From Nanobdellota archaeon (GTDB lineage Archaea; Nanobdellota; Nanobdellia; Woesearchaeales; JBHPFW01), in NCBI GenBank assembly GCA_042571645.1, contig JBHPFW010000003.1:24898-88897 (forward strand): 64,000 bases of DNA. The letters are read 5' to 3'. The position numbers and the translations under genes were made by a program. The notes under the pieces are model-generated. The model saw only the letters and a list, made by a program, of their open reading frames with translations, ran no database searches and had not been told where the DNA came from. Of the stretch, positions 50,944 to 61,607 are shown piece by piece (the first letter of the stretch is position 1; each line of letters starts with the position of its first letter).

Positions 50944-51275
50944 TCAAACCTTTTTCTTAGCTCTTTGCACACCCAAAGCAACAACTCCACCACCAATGGC
51001 TGTGCCCAATTGCAAAGGTCCCATGGCAATTAAGAATACTTTTGGAAGAATGCTTAAAGTAACAAATAGCAAAGCAAAAGCAAATAAGAACAAAGTCTTT
51101 GCAACTGAACCAATAACTAAAGTAATCCACTTATTCTTCTTATTTTGAAGATTAAACTTTTTGAAAGCTAAAACCAAAATACTATTCCCCATCCAAATAA
51201 ATGGGATCATGTAAATCAAGAAAACAGTATAGGTCCAAAAATTAACCCTCTACTTAGTACACCCAAGCTTGAAAT
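50944..51275 (-). pseudogene. truncated, frameshifted membrane protein (ECF S-component-like)
   Basis: SLGVLSRGLIFGP continues as YTVFLIYMIPFIWMGN only after a 1-nt shift near 51230. The N-terminus is missing. Confidence 0.6.
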
Positions 51276-51287
51276 GCTAATATTAGC

Positions 51288-52223
51288 TCATCTACATGTA
51301 TAACTGGTCTCTAGAACTTGGCCTTCTTGGTCACAGAAATAGATATTATCTTTTTCAGACAATATTACTTGAGTATTAGGATCTGTGATGGGGTCTTCAA
51401 ATCTTAAATGATAAACCAAAGCAATGTAATTTTCAGTATTGTTTCTTTTGCAGATAGGGTAGTTGCTAGCGGTCTCATATTGTGCTGCAAAATTCTCAGC
51501 ACCAGCTTTATTATCGAATTTTTTGTAATTGATTATGTCAGCAGAAAAACTAATTTTGGCTTGGGTTCTGTAATCAAAGATAAGCTTATCAGTGTTTTCT
51601 TTGCAGACACTCATTTCTGGTTTGCTTTTGATATCCATTAGTAAAACTTCACTTTCAGACCTTGCCTTATCTTCTTCAGAATAAAGTGGATTGAAATGAT
51701 ACAGCTCAATAGAGTCTGCAGTATTTTTAATATTAGTAACATAAATATCTTGGTTAATATAAAATTGAATAACTGCTAAAAGAAGAAGTATGCCCAGGAT
51801 GATTTTTACGCCATCGCCTAATATGGCAAAGAGCATTTTCAAGTATTTTAAAGATCCGATGAAAAACATTAAGGTAAACATTGTTGCAATAATAAGAAGA
51901 ATAGACCCAAATTTTACAGATACAATGACAACCTCATTAAGGATCAGTATTTTGTTATAAATTATCAAGGTTATCAGAAGAGAAACAATAAAGTATATTA
52001 TGTCCATAATTAATTTACGCATATCTGGCTTTTTTTCAGCTGTTTTGAAATAAAACCATTTTTTTAGAAGATTAATAACTTTCTCACCTAATTGAGAAGT
52101 TTCTTTTTGTTGCTCTGGTTTTTGTTCAGGCATTTTTCTAATATCTTTCTTTTTTTTAGCTATTTTTAAATTTTTCTTGGCAATTGGGATAATGTGCCTT
52201 ATTTGTGTCATTATTAAACTCAA
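51288..52223 (-). CDS. membrane protein, hypothetical
   Basis: Three to four TM segments, then a Cys-containing soluble domain. The start is probably the internal Met (MPEQK). Confidence 0.65.
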   Translation of the reverse strand: MSLIMTQIRHIIPIAKKNLKIAKKKKDIRKMPEQKPEQQKETSQLGEKVINLLKKWFYFKTAEKKPDMRKLIMDIIYFIVSLLITLIIYNKILILNEVVIVSVKFGSILLIIATMFTLMFFIGSLKYLKMLFAILGDGVKIILGILLLLAVIQFYINQDIYVTNIKNTADSIELYHFNPLYSEEDKARSESEVLLMDIKSKPEMSVCKENTDKLIFDYRTQAKISFSADIINYKKFDNKAGAENFAAQYETASNYPICKRNNTENYIALVYHLRFEDPITDPNTQVILSEKDNIYFCDQEGQVLETSYTCR

Positions 52224-52307
52224 TTTAAATACTTTTAGGTGTGATTACTCAAGAATTAAGAGTTAGCTATATAAATAATAACAAAACATACCATTTTCTG
52301 TGATAAA

Positions 52308-52655
52308 ATGACTACAAAAACAATACTGCTGATATTTGGTTTGTTAATAATTTCGACTGTCATTAGTGGCTGCGGCCAAACAATAAACTATGACAATTTC
52401 GCAAAATGCCTTACAGAAGCAGGAGCAGTAATGTATGGAACAGAATGGTGCAGTCATTGCAAATCCCAGAAAAAAGCATTTGGAGATTCTTTTCAATACA
52501 TAGATCATATTGATTGCAATCTTGAAGAAGATAAATGTGATGAAGCAGGAATTGAAGGCTATCCCACTTGGAGTATAGATGGCAATAATTATCCAGGAGA
52601 GCAGACAATGGAGCAATTGGCGTTTTTGAGTGGTTGTGAATTGCCTTTGAAATAG
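52308..52655 (+). CDS. exported thioredoxin-like lipoprotein
   Basis: Signal peptide ending ISGC, with WCSHC and GYPTW motifs. Confidence 0.85.
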   Translation: MTTKTILLIFGLLIISTVISGCGQTINYDNFAKCLTEAGAVMYGTEWCSHCKSQKKAFGDSFQYIDHIDCNLEEDKCDEAGIEGYPTWSIDGNNYPGEQTMEQLAFLSGCELPLK

Positions 52656-52836
52656 TTCTAAAATAAGCTGCCAGCGCCTAGAGTGCTAAGGATATTCTGT
52701 ATGCATTTGCATCTATCCATCATGATTGCGAGATGCTATTTTTACATACTTGGCACTCGCCCTGGCAGCTTATATTTTGCTTGAATTTTATTACTCAACC
52801 CTAAAGTTTATATACTCCTTTTTTTCTCCCAGTTAT

Positions 52837-53742
52837 ATGCCAGAAGAAGAAATACCTGATTCAAGATTTAAGCCATATTTTGAAAAGAAGATAAGGCGGA
52901 CTATCAGGAAATACAAATTATGCACAAGAAAGGACAAGATAGTTGTAGCTGTATCTGGAGGCAAAGATTCAACAGTATGTTTGTATGTTCTAAATAAGAT
53001 GGGCTATGATGTAGAAGGCATCACAATAGATGCAAACATCGGCAATTACACAAAAAAGAATCTTGAAAATTTAAAAGAAGTCTGCAAAAAATACAAAATC
53101 AAGCTGAATGTGATATCTTTCAGAGAGGAGTTTGGCAGATCATTGTGCTATATGAGGTGTGTGTTGAAGGAAAAAGGATTTGATTATTCTTCATGCATGC
53201 TTTGTGGTATACTAAAAAGATACCTACTAAATAAATATTCAAAAAAACTTGGTTTTGATGTTTTAGCCACAGGCCATAATCTCGATGATGAAGCTCAAGC
53301 ATTTTTAATGAATTTGTTTAGAAATGATACAAAATTAGCATTGAGACAAGGACCAATCTCAGGTATTTCCACATCAACAAAATTTGTTAAAAGAATAAAG
53401 CCATTATATTGGCTTTCTGAAAAAGAAGTAAAAAGATATTCTAAAAAGATGAAATTCCCAGTAAATTACGGCATATGTCCCTGTTCTGTTGATGCATACA
53501 GAAGAAAACACATCAACATACTTAATGATTATGAGAAAAAGCATCCTTCAGTCAAGTATAATCTTCTGAACTTTCATGAAGGCTTAATAGCACCATTAAA
53601 AGAAAATCTTAAAGACAAACAGATAATAAATTCTTGCGAGGTTTGTGGGGAGCCTTGCAGCAAGACTATTTGCAGGACATGTGAAATTTTTAGTTCCTTG
53701 GAGAAAGGGAAAAATAATACCAAAAAAAGGCCAAAAGCTTAA
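52837..53742 (+). CDS. TtuA/Ncs6-family tRNA 2-thiolation enzyme
   Basis: SGGKDS PP-loop, CMLC, TGHNLDDE, CP and a C-terminal zinc finger. Start reassigned to ATG 52837. Confidence 0.88.
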   Translation: MPEEEIPDSRFKPYFEKKIRRTIRKYKLCTRKDKIVVAVSGGKDSTVCLYVLNKMGYDVEGITIDANIGNYTKKNLENLKEVCKKYKIKLNVISFREEFGRSLCYMRCVLKEKGFDYSSCMLCGILKRYLLNKYSKKLGFDVLATGHNLDDEAQAFLMNLFRNDTKLALRQGPISGISTSTKFVKRIKPLYWLSEKEVKRYSKKMKFPVNYGICPCSVDAYRRKHINILNDYEKKHPSVKYNLLNFHEGLIAPLKENLKDKQIINSCEVCGEPCSKTICRTCEIFSSLEKGKNNTKKRPKA

Positions 53743-53768
53743 TAAACAACATATTCTATCTAAACAAT

Positions 53769-54452
53769 ATGGCTAGAAAAAAAGAAACCCTCTTGATATT
53801 TGGTGCGCATTCAGATGATTTTGTGATCGGAGCAGGAGGCACTGTTGCAAAGTGCAATGAAGAAGGGAAGAAGGTAATTTCTGTAGTTTTTTCATATGGA
53901 GAAAAAAGCCATCCTTGGCTTAAAAAGAGAGAAACTGTAGAGATGAGACTTAGGGAAACAAGGAATGCAGAAAAAGCATTGGGCAGTGGAAAAAGCATAT
54001 TTTTGGGTTTGAATGAAGGCAATTTTGAAAAGGAATTCAAAAGAAAGAAATTAGCAGAAAAAATCAAGAGAATAGTAACTAGAAACAAACCAGATAAGAT
54101 ACTATTGCATTCAAAAGATGATCCTCATCCAGATCATAGAGCTCTTAATAAGATAATCAAACAGCTGCTTACCGAGATCAGATATAAAGGAGAAGTTTAT
54201 GTTTATGATATTTGGGGCCCAAATATCAAAAAAGGAGAAAGACCCAAATTGGTTGTTGATATTAGCAAAACATTCAAAACAAAGATTAAAGCTTTGAGAT
54301 GTTTTGAAAGCCAAAGATTCAATGCTATATTACCTTTGATTGGAAGTGTTTTTTTCAAGGCGATTGCAAACGGCTTCAAAAGTAATACCAGGTTTGCAGA
54401 GCTTTTCTATAGGATTCAGATACAGCCCAAAAAAAGGTTAAAAACAAAATGA
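53769..54452 (+). CDS. PIG-L/BshB-like deacetylase
   Basis: AHSDD..GAGG, HPDH and SQ motifs. Confidence 0.88.
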   Translation: MARKKETLLIFGAHSDDFVIGAGGTVAKCNEEGKKVISVVFSYGEKSHPWLKKRETVEMRLRETRNAEKALGSGKSIFLGLNEGNFEKEFKRKKLAEKIKRIVTRNKPDKILLHSKDDPHPDHRALNKIIKQLLTEIRYKGEVYVYDIWGPNIKKGERPKLVVDISKTFKTKIKALRCFESQRFNAILPLIGSVFFKAIANGFKSNTRFAELFYRIQIQPKKRLKTK

Positions 54453-55594
54453 AAAAACTATTAATAATATCGGATTCATTTTTGCCGAAGAGAGATGGAG
54501 TTGTGAGGTTTATAGTCGAGGTAGCTTCAAGGCTTACAAAGTTATATGATGTTACTCTCCTTGTTCCTGATTATGGGGGGAAAAATGCAGCTTCCTTAAA
54601 AGATTTTAATATAATCAAAATTCCTTTGAGCAAGCCAAGTATAGTTGGTTATAACATGACCAAGCTTAAATCAGGGCTTGTAAAAAAGCTTGTAAAGGAA
54701 AATGATCTTGTGTTTGTTCAGAGCGGGTTTCCTTTATCAACATTAGGCATAAGATATGCAAAAAAACTGAAAAAACCTGTGGCGGTGTTTGTTCACCAGT
54801 TGGTATGGGAGCAGTTTGCCAATATTGTAACAAAGAACAGAGTGATTCATAATATTATGGAGAAGTTGACTTTGTTTTTTGCCAGATTATCCTGGAATAA
54901 AGCTGATTTAATTATAGTTCCATCTCTTTCTTTAGTAACGCGTTTAACAGAACTAGGTTTTAAAGGAGAAAAAAAGGTTGTAATGCTTGGCTGCAATAAT
55001 GATGTGTTTTTGAAACCTGCAGATAAAGAAGAGAAAAAAAAGAGAAAGGGTTTGAGTAACAAAATAGTGATTGGTTATTCAGGAAGAGTAAGCCCTGAAA
55101 AGAATTTGGAAACTCTGCAGGAAGCGTTTGTAGAGCTCAAACTTGAACATCCAGAGATTTTTTTGCTTATAGTGGGTGATGGATCAGAAAAGTATGTTGA
55201 GAGATTTAAAGCAATAAAGGACTGCAAAATAACAGGCTTTGTCGAGGATGTTGTGCCTTATCTTCAGGCTATGGACATCTTTGTTATGCCTTCTCTCACA
55301 GAAACTACTTCTTTGTCAACATTAGAAGCAATGAGCTGTGAAATACCAGTTATTGCAACTCCTGTTGGAAATATTAAGGATTATATTATTAGCGGTGAGA
55401 ATGGGTTTTTGTTTCCAAGAGAGAATACAGCAATATTAAAGAAATTAATTCTTCGGTTAGTTCAGGATGGAAAGTTAAGGTCAAATATTGGAAGCAAAGC
55501 CAGAAAAACAGTCATTGAAAGCTATAACTGGGACAAAACAGCAGAAGGCATTAAAGAATCTTTGGATAGAATTATGAAAAAGCATTATGCTTGA
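54449..55594 (+). CDS. glycosyltransferase family 4
   Basis: GRVSPEK and ETTSLSTLEAMS motifs. Confidence 0.9.
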   Translation: MKKLLIISDSFLPKRDGVVRFIVEVASRLTKLYDVTLLVPDYGGKNAASLKDFNIIKIPLSKPSIVGYNMTKLKSGLVKKLVKENDLVFVQSGFPLSTLGIRYAKKLKKPVAVFVHQLVWEQFANIVTKNRVIHNIMEKLTLFFARLSWNKADLIIVPSLSLVTRLTELGFKGEKKVVMLGCNNDVFLKPADKEEKKKRKGLSNKIVIGYSGRVSPEKNLETLQEAFVELKLEHPEIFLLIVGDGSEKYVERFKAIKDCKITGFVEDVVPYLQAMDIFVMPSLTETTSLSTLEAMSCEIPVIATPVGNIKDYIISGENGFLFPRENTAILKKLILRLVQDGKLRSNIGSKARKTVIESYNWDKTAEGIKESLDRIMKKHYA

Positions 55595-55623
55595 GGAATT
55601 TCTTAGTTGATTTGTAATTTGAT

Positions 55624-58600
55624 TCAAATCTTCAAACTCACAACATTACTAGAACCATGTTCGTTCATGGAAACTCCATAAAGAATATCTGCTTCTGCAA
55701 TAACACCGTCATTGTGGCTTATTACAACATATTGTGCTTTGTCTGTATATTTACGGACAAGCTTTGCCAATAACTCAGAATTCTTTTTATCTAAAGCAGC
55801 ATCAACCTCATCTAAAACATAGAATGATGCAGGATCATGCTCTTGGATAGCAAATATGAATGCAAGTGCAGTTAAAGTTTTCTCGCCGCCAGAAAGACTT
55901 CTTATGTCCATGAACTTAGTTCCAGTAAGCTTAACTTTAATCATTAGGCCGCCTTCAAAAGGCTGCTGAGGGTTTTCCAATACCAAGGAACATTCTCCTT
56001 TAGTTGATAACTGAGCAAAGGTGCTCTGGAAATGGCCATTCACAACTTCTAAAGTTTTCATAAACAACTCTGTTTTTTTGGCTTCAATCTCGTTAATCAT
56101 CATAAGGACATCTTCTCTTTCCTTTCCAAGCCGTTCTTTCTTCTCAACAAGTCCATAGTATTCTTTCTCTGCAGAATCATATATCTCTAATGCCTTCATA
56201 TTTACACTGCCAATATTAGCAACCATCCTCTCAAATTGGGAGATTTCTCTTTTTAATTCTTCATCAGATTTTTTCTCGTCTATTTTGGCTTCTTTATATT
56301 GTTCGAATTCCTGATCAAATGCTGCCAGTTCTGCTTTGTACTTGGCATTTTCCAATGAGAAAGCTGTTATTTTCTGTTCATATTTTTTAATATCATCATT
56401 TGTAGTATCAATTTTTGTATCAAGTTTCTTTAGCTTCTCATCCAAGCTTCCTCTCTTGCCAAACAAACCCTTAAACTGCTCATGGAATTTCTGCTGGGCT
56501 TTTTCTTTTTCTTTCAAAGAGGTTTCCATATTTTTCATTTCATCTTCACTCTTTTTGATCTCTGATTTGAAATCCTGCTCTTCTTTGTTGTGTTGTTTCA
56601 GTATTTTGTTTATGTTTTCTTTTTCAGGCTGAAGTATATTGGTTATCTGAGCATCAAGATTCTTTACATTTCCTTCTTTGGCCATTATTTCTTCTTTTAG
56701 CTGGGAGAGTTTTTCTTCAAATGTGTTTAGCTCTGCTAACAGCCTAGGATTTCTAAGCTCTGTGATTTTAGTTCTTAATCCTTGGCGACTAATCTTATTC
56801 TGAGCAAGAACTTTATTTAATTCAGAAACTTTCATATTAACAGAATCAATAGTTTTATCAAATTCTTTTGATTGTTTTTTCAGGTCTTCTTTGAGTTTTT
56901 TGGTAGCATCCATATCATCTGAATCAAGGTGGAGAATCTTTTCAAGCTTTATTATATCCGCCTCAAGATTGGCTTTCAGCTGTCTTATGTTTGTTATGCG
57001 TTCTTCTCCTTTCTGCTTTTTCTCTTCCAGAGCCTGGATTATAGTTGCTGTATCAGATGCATCATGCTCATATCTATCTATATCTCTTATAAGCTCTTTT
57101 TGCTGGAAGCCCATTCCTTTTTTCCTTTGTCTGAAGCCGCCTTGCATTGCTCCAGATGTCTTTGTGAGATCGCCTTCAAGAGTGGTCATCTTTGCATTGC
57201 CGATGCCGATTCTTCTGGCTGTGTTTATATCATCTACAACAAGAGTGTTGCCAAAAACATATGAAAAGACATCTTTGAACTTTGAATCAAAGCTGATAAG
57301 ATCAATAGCAAATCCTTTAACACCATTAGCATTTTCATATTTCTTCAGTTCTGGTCTTTTTGTAACGCTTTTTATTTTATTCAATGGAAGGAAAGTAGCA
57401 ACTCCAAGTTTGTTTTCCTTTAGAAACTTGATGCATTTAGAAGCAGTTGCATCAGACTCAACCACGATGCTTTTTATTTTGGCTCCTGCTGAAATCTCCA
57501 AAGCTAAAGCAAATTCAGAACTGACCTGGCCAAGCTCAGATACTGTGCCGTAAACTCCGCCAAGATTCTTTTTGTTTTCCAGTATTTTCTTAAGTGCAAT
57601 ATCTCCTGAAAGATGCTCCTGAATGCTTGTGTTTTTGGCTCTGAGTTTTGAGAGCTGTTCATTAGCATTCAATAACTTGGATCGGGCATTTGATAATTGA
57701 CCAGAATAAGCCGCATCATCATTAACCATTTTGTTAAGCTCGAGAGTAGATTCCTTAAACTGCTTTTTCTTTGCCTTGAGTTCTTCAACTTGGACTTTGT
57801 TTTCTTTTTCAACTTCAAGTACCTTGGAAATCTTTTCATCTGCTGACTGAATCTGGAATTCTATCCTGTCTTTTTCCCTTAGAATGTCCTGCTGGTTTTT
57901 TCTTAATTCCTGTATTTCTCTTTGTTTATCTTCAGCTTCCTTGTCAAGCTTATCTACATCTTTTTCAATGTCACCAATATTATCAAGATTGTTCTTTTTT
58001 CTGAAATCAGCTATTCTTTGCTGTATTTCCTGCTTTTGATTGTTTCGAGCTTTTATCTGATCATCATATTCCTTTTTTTCAGTATCAATTTTTGAGATTT
58101 TTTCTTCGAGTTCCTTAAGGTTTATGCTGAGTTGTTTTTTCCTTGTATTAATCCTTTCTATCTCGTTATTTAAGCTTTCAATCCTGTTTTTTCCTGTGCC
58201 GAGGTCCACCTTAAGCTTTTCAACTTCTTTGTGCATATCAACCTGGTCTTTTTCTCCTTTCTGCTCAATCTCTTGATTGATCTTGTCAATATTTTCTTTT
58301 ATCTCAGAAACATTTTGTTTAAATTCTTGAAGTTCTTTGTTTTTAGCATCAAGTTTTTCTTGCTGTTCTGCAATCTTTTTATCATATTCTTCTTTTTGGG
58401 TAGTTTTTGCTTTAATTTTTCTGTGAATAACAGTTGCTCTGTTTGTTGTTATCTTATCATTCAAATCCTTATACTTTGATGCTTGATCTCGTTCTTTTTT
58501 TAACTGGTTTAAGCTTGATTTTCTTTCTGTCAGAACAATGTCTGCTTCTTTCAGTCGTTCTTCAACTCTGTTAAGTTCATTGAGAGCTTTCTGCTTTTTT

Positions 58601-59118
58601 TCTTCATAAATTCTTATGCCTGCAATTTCCTCAACTAACTGCCTTCTTTCTACTGTGGGCATCTCTACAAAACTGACAATATCTCCCTGGAGAATAATAT
58701 TGTAACCATCTGGATTAATTTTTGCCAGGCTCATCAATTCAAGCATTTCCTGTCTCGTTTTAGTTTTATTGTTGATCTTGTAAACACTTTGGCCTGTGGC
58801 TCTTACAATTCTGCTTATCTTTATCTCTTTGTCATCTGAAGGAAAAACTTTGCTTGCATTATCAAAGTAAATAGAAACTTCACCTTCTTTTGCAGGCTTT
58901 TTAGATTTGCCACCATTGTAAATAAGATTAGCTGATTTCTCTGATCTCAATGCTTTTGCAGAGCTTTTTCCTAGAACAAAGCACAGAGCATCTAGAATAT
59001 TGGATTTTCCAGAGCCGTTTGGACCTAGAACACAATTAAATTGATTCCCAAAAACTAGTTCTGTGCGCTTAGCAAAACTCTTGAAACCATGCATTACAAG
59101 TTTGTTTATTTTAGTCAT
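55624..59118 (-). CDS. smc: chromosome segregation protein SMC
   Basis: GPNGSGKSN, hinge G..GAMQGG, LSGGEK, LDEVDAALD and long coiled coils. Confidence 0.97.
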   Translation of the reverse strand: MTKINKLVMHGFKSFAKRTELVFGNQFNCVLGPNGSGKSNILDALCFVLGKSSAKALRSEKSANLIYNGGKSKKPAKEGEVSIYFDNASKVFPSDDKEIKISRIVRATGQSVYKINNKTKTRQEMLELMSLAKINPDGYNIILQGDIVSFVEMPTVERRQLVEEIAGIRIYEEKKQKALNELNRVEERLKEADIVLTERKSSLNQLKKERDQASKYKDLNDKITTNRATVIHRKIKAKTTQKEEYDKKIAEQQEKLDAKNKELQEFKQNVSEIKENIDKINQEIEQKGEKDQVDMHKEVEKLKVDLGTGKNRIESLNNEIERINTRKKQLSINLKELEEKISKIDTEKKEYDDQIKARNNQKQEIQQRIADFRKKNNLDNIGDIEKDVDKLDKEAEDKQREIQELRKNQQDILREKDRIEFQIQSADEKISKVLEVEKENKVQVEELKAKKKQFKESTLELNKMVNDDAAYSGQLSNARSKLLNANEQLSKLRAKNTSIQEHLSGDIALKKILENKKNLGGVYGTVSELGQVSSEFALALEISAGAKIKSIVVESDATASKCIKFLKENKLGVATFLPLNKIKSVTKRPELKKYENANGVKGFAIDLISFDSKFKDVFSYVFGNTLVVDDINTARRIGIGNAKMTTLEGDLTKTSGAMQGGFRQRKKGMGFQQKELIRDIDRYEHDASDTATIIQALEEKKQKGEERITNIRQLKANLEADIIKLEKILHLDSDDMDATKKLKEDLKKQSKEFDKTIDSVNMKVSELNKVLAQNKISRQGLRTKITELRNPRLLAELNTFEEKLSQLKEEIMAKEGNVKNLDAQITNILQPEKENINKILKQHNKEEQDFKSEIKKSEDEMKNMETSLKEKEKAQQKFHEQFKGLFGKRGSLDEKLKKLDTKIDTTNDDIKKYEQKITAFSLENAKYKAELAAFDQEFEQYKEAKIDEKKSDEELKREISQFERMVANIGSVNMKALEIYDSAEKEYYGLVEKKERLGKEREDVLMMINEIEAKKTELFMKTLEVVNGHFQSTFAQLSTKGECSLVLENPQQPFEGGLMIKVKLTGTKFMDIRSLSGGEKTLTALAFIFAIQEHDPASFYVLDEVDAALDKKNSELLAKLVRKYTDKAQYVVISHNDGVIAEADILYGVSMNEHGSSNVVSLKI

Positions 59119-59201
59119 GCAAACACACTCTTATAGTGCTTAAACCGTAGCAGGGCATTTATAAAGGTTTTGGTATCTTTATTTTTAAATATTTAAAGGC
59201 C

Positions 59202-59870
59202 TCAGAATTCACCCAAACTCTTCTGATTTTTGCCTTTAACTAATTTCTTATAGCAAGCCCAACTCTTCCTGAAAATACCTGCATCTTTTAGTTTTTCATA
59301 GTTTTCTGCTAAAAACTTTTGAGTAGTTGGATCTGCTGGATAACCAGAGCCAATATTGCCGTATTTTTGTTTTAGTTTCTCAATTTCTCTGTCTCTTGTG
59401 ACTTTAGCAAGTATAGAAGCAGCTCCTGCAACTGGATAATTTAAATCAGCTTTATGCTCGCATTTAATATTAACTTTATCTCTTATATCGTCAATTAATA
59501 ATTTCTTAAAATATTCTGTAAATGCTTCAATATTAGTGCTTGGACAATCAACTATGATTGTATCTGGCTTAAGATAATTTGTTGCAATAGCATAATGTGT
59601 TGCTTCAAGCCAATTTAGATTAGTTGTTTTAGAATTAACTGCTTCATCTATTTCTTCAGGAGAAATAACTATGATTTTGTAATCCTTAACTTTTTCTTTT
59701 ATTATATCAAATAGTTGCTCACGTTTTTTTGGTGCAATAAGTTTAGAATCAGTAATACCCATTCTAATCAAATCTTCTTCAAGTTTTTCATCTATTACTA
59801 CGCCTGCTACTACTAAAGGCCCTAAACAAGGTCCTCTTCCTGCTTCATCCACACCAGCTATTAATGCCAT
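59202..59870 (-). CDS. rnhB: ribonuclease HII
   Basis: GVDEAGRGP, DSK, AASILAKV and GSGYP motifs. Confidence 0.97.
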   Translation of the reverse strand: MALIAGVDEAGRGPCLGPLVVAGVVIDEKLEEDLIRMGITDSKLIAPKKREQLFDIIKEKVKDYKIIVISPEEIDEAVNSKTTNLNWLEATHYAIATNYLKPDTIIVDCPSTNIEAFTEYFKKLLIDDIRDKVNIKCEHKADLNYPVAGAASILAKVTRDREIEKLKQKYGNIGSGYPADPTTQKFLAENYEKLKDAGIFRKSWACYKKLVKGKNQKSLGEF

Positions 59871-60013
59871 ATTCCTAATCTTACTAAAGTCTTTTATAAA
59901 TATTATTAAGAATATAAATAAAACATATAGGTAATATTTATAAATATGAAAGTTAATAGAGTCATTGAGAAAGATATGGGAATAAATAACAGAAATTCTA
60001 TGGGGTGTGAATC

Positions 60014-60370
60014 ATGGCAGAATTAACATCAGAGATGGAAGTCTCAAATAATGTTGAATATGTGGGTATAAGAGAGATTAGTGTAGAGCAAAAGGAAAAG
60101 CTTGATATGATTGCAGAAGAATACCAAGAAAAGATATCTCATAGCCTTAAGAATGATTTCAGACTTCAGGTTCACATAAAGACTTATCGTAATAAAGAAC
60201 TCAAACCAGGAGAAGAGCCAAAAAGAGTAAAATATTCTATTCATGTAAAGGTTTTATGTGCAGGCAAGGACTTTGCCTCCACCAACCACAATGACTGGGA
60301 TTTTGTAACTGCACTTAGAAAGTCTTTCAAGTCAGTGCTTAGTGAGATCAGGACATTTTATAAGGAATGA
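60014..60370 (+). CDS. stand-alone HPF/RaiA-like domain protein (putative)
   Basis: Predicted beta-alpha-beta-beta-beta-alpha pattern with DWDF..AL and a GGTG RBS. Confidence 0.5.
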   Translation: MAELTSEMEVSNNVEYVGIREISVEQKEKLDMIAEEYQEKISHSLKNDFRLQVHIKTYRNKELKPGEEPKRVKYSIHVKVLCAGKDFASTNHNDWDFVTALRKSFKSVLSEIRTFYKE

Positions 60371-60428
60371 TGGGCTTTTATTTATTTTCATTATGGAAAG
60401 TAATTATTGTCTTATGATCTCTTGCGAA

Positions 60429-61607
60429 TTAAATGGTTTTATAGAACTTCCTTTGAAACTTATCTTTGTGCGATAATATGATTTTATTCTTTTTTAATAA
60501 GCGCTTTAGTACATCCCTTACTGTTGAAGTATTAATTCCTAGTTCTCGGGTGATTTCTGAGTTATAACTACTTTCTTTTAATCTTATAAACTTAAATATC
60601 TTAATCTCGTTTTCTAAGGGATAAGTTCTTAAAGAACTAATTCTGACTATTTTCTTCAGTGAATTAGCCTTTCTTAATCCTTTTTTTGTAAAAGAATAAC
60701 CCTTAGATGATAAAGCTAGATAATTCATATCCTTCAAAATTGTAAGACGATAATGAATAGCACGTTTAGAAAGATAAGGAAATAAGCTATTTACATGTTT
60801 TGTAGAAAAATAAGTTCTATTAATATCCAAAACTTTCACTAATGTTATTTCCCAAGCTTTTGATTTAAAATTTTCTACAATTCTTTTTAATCTTCTCTGA
60901 TGCGATTTTAGAGCAAATCCAATTTGTTCATAGAACTTTGTTACATTTTTAATATCAGCAAAATATAAATAATATTTCCATCCATAATTCTTAATATAAT
61001 ATTTGTAAATCTTAGGTTTGATTCCAAATTTTTTCTTCAATAGAAGTTCTAACTCATCTAAATAAGTTTTATCACAACTATGAAATCTCACTTCAGTTCC
61101 TTTTTTTGGATCGTAAACAGAACCCTCCATTGCAAATGCATATCTTAGATATTCTCTTATTACAGAAATAGGAGAGTACCAAATCCACTGAGGTATTTTT
61201 GCTGATTCATCTGATTTATGGATGTCCAAACAATGATAAATAAAGGATGTAAAAGCCTTTGCTGGATACGCAACTATAGGGGTACCACTATTCTTATGAA
61301 TTGAAAAATTACCATTCAGACCAAATTGTTTTTTGATTATATGAGAGAATTCTTTTACTTTGGATTTATCTTTTTTCTGTGAAAATATACAAGAATTGAG
61401 ATTCTTTTCTATAGAACCATCTAGAATCATTGCAGAAATTTTAGCAAGATCTTCATCTAATATCAAAGGCGACTTAATCAAGAAAGGTTTCGCTTTTGAA
61501 TTTTTTAAATAAACTTTATTATCGTCTATTCTAAAAATATCAGGGAGTTCTTCTTTTGTAATTTGGAAATATTTTTTATCTAAATTGGTATAATTATTTA
61601 ATTTCAT
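60429..61607 (-). CDS. free-standing LAGLIDADG (DOD) endonuclease-like protein with C-terminal wHTH domains
   Basis: LAKISAMILDG and YLRYAFAMEG motifs, plus the HTH SEITRELGINTSTVRDVLKRL. Confidence 0.82.
   Translation of the reverse strand: MKLNNYTNLDKKYFQITKEELPDIFRIDDNKVYLKNSKAKPFLIKSPLILDEDLAKISAMILDGSIEKNLNSCIFSQKKDKSKVKEFSHIIKKQFGLNGNFSIHKNSGTPIVAYPAKAFTSFIYHCLDIHKSDESAKIPQWIWYSPISVIREYLRYAFAMEGSVYDPKKGTEVRFHSCDKTYLDELELLLKKKFGIKPKIYKYYIKNYGWKYYLYFADIKNVTKFYEQIGFALKSHQRRLKRIVENFKSKAWEITLVKVLDINRTYFSTKHVNSLFPYLSKRAIHYRLTILKDMNYLALSSKGYSFTKKGLRKANSLKKIVRISSLRTYPLENEIKIFKFIRLKESSYNSEITRELGINTSTVRDVLKRLLKKNKIILSHKDKFQRKFYKTI

Noticed and set aside
3409..58479. Many antisense/overlapping ORFs in the track (e.g. 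3727-4437, 26817-27431, 46856-47485, 47047-47496, 25266-25511, 56891-57553)
   Set aside because: They lie opposite or inside well-supported genes and reflect codon bias or low-complexity repeats.
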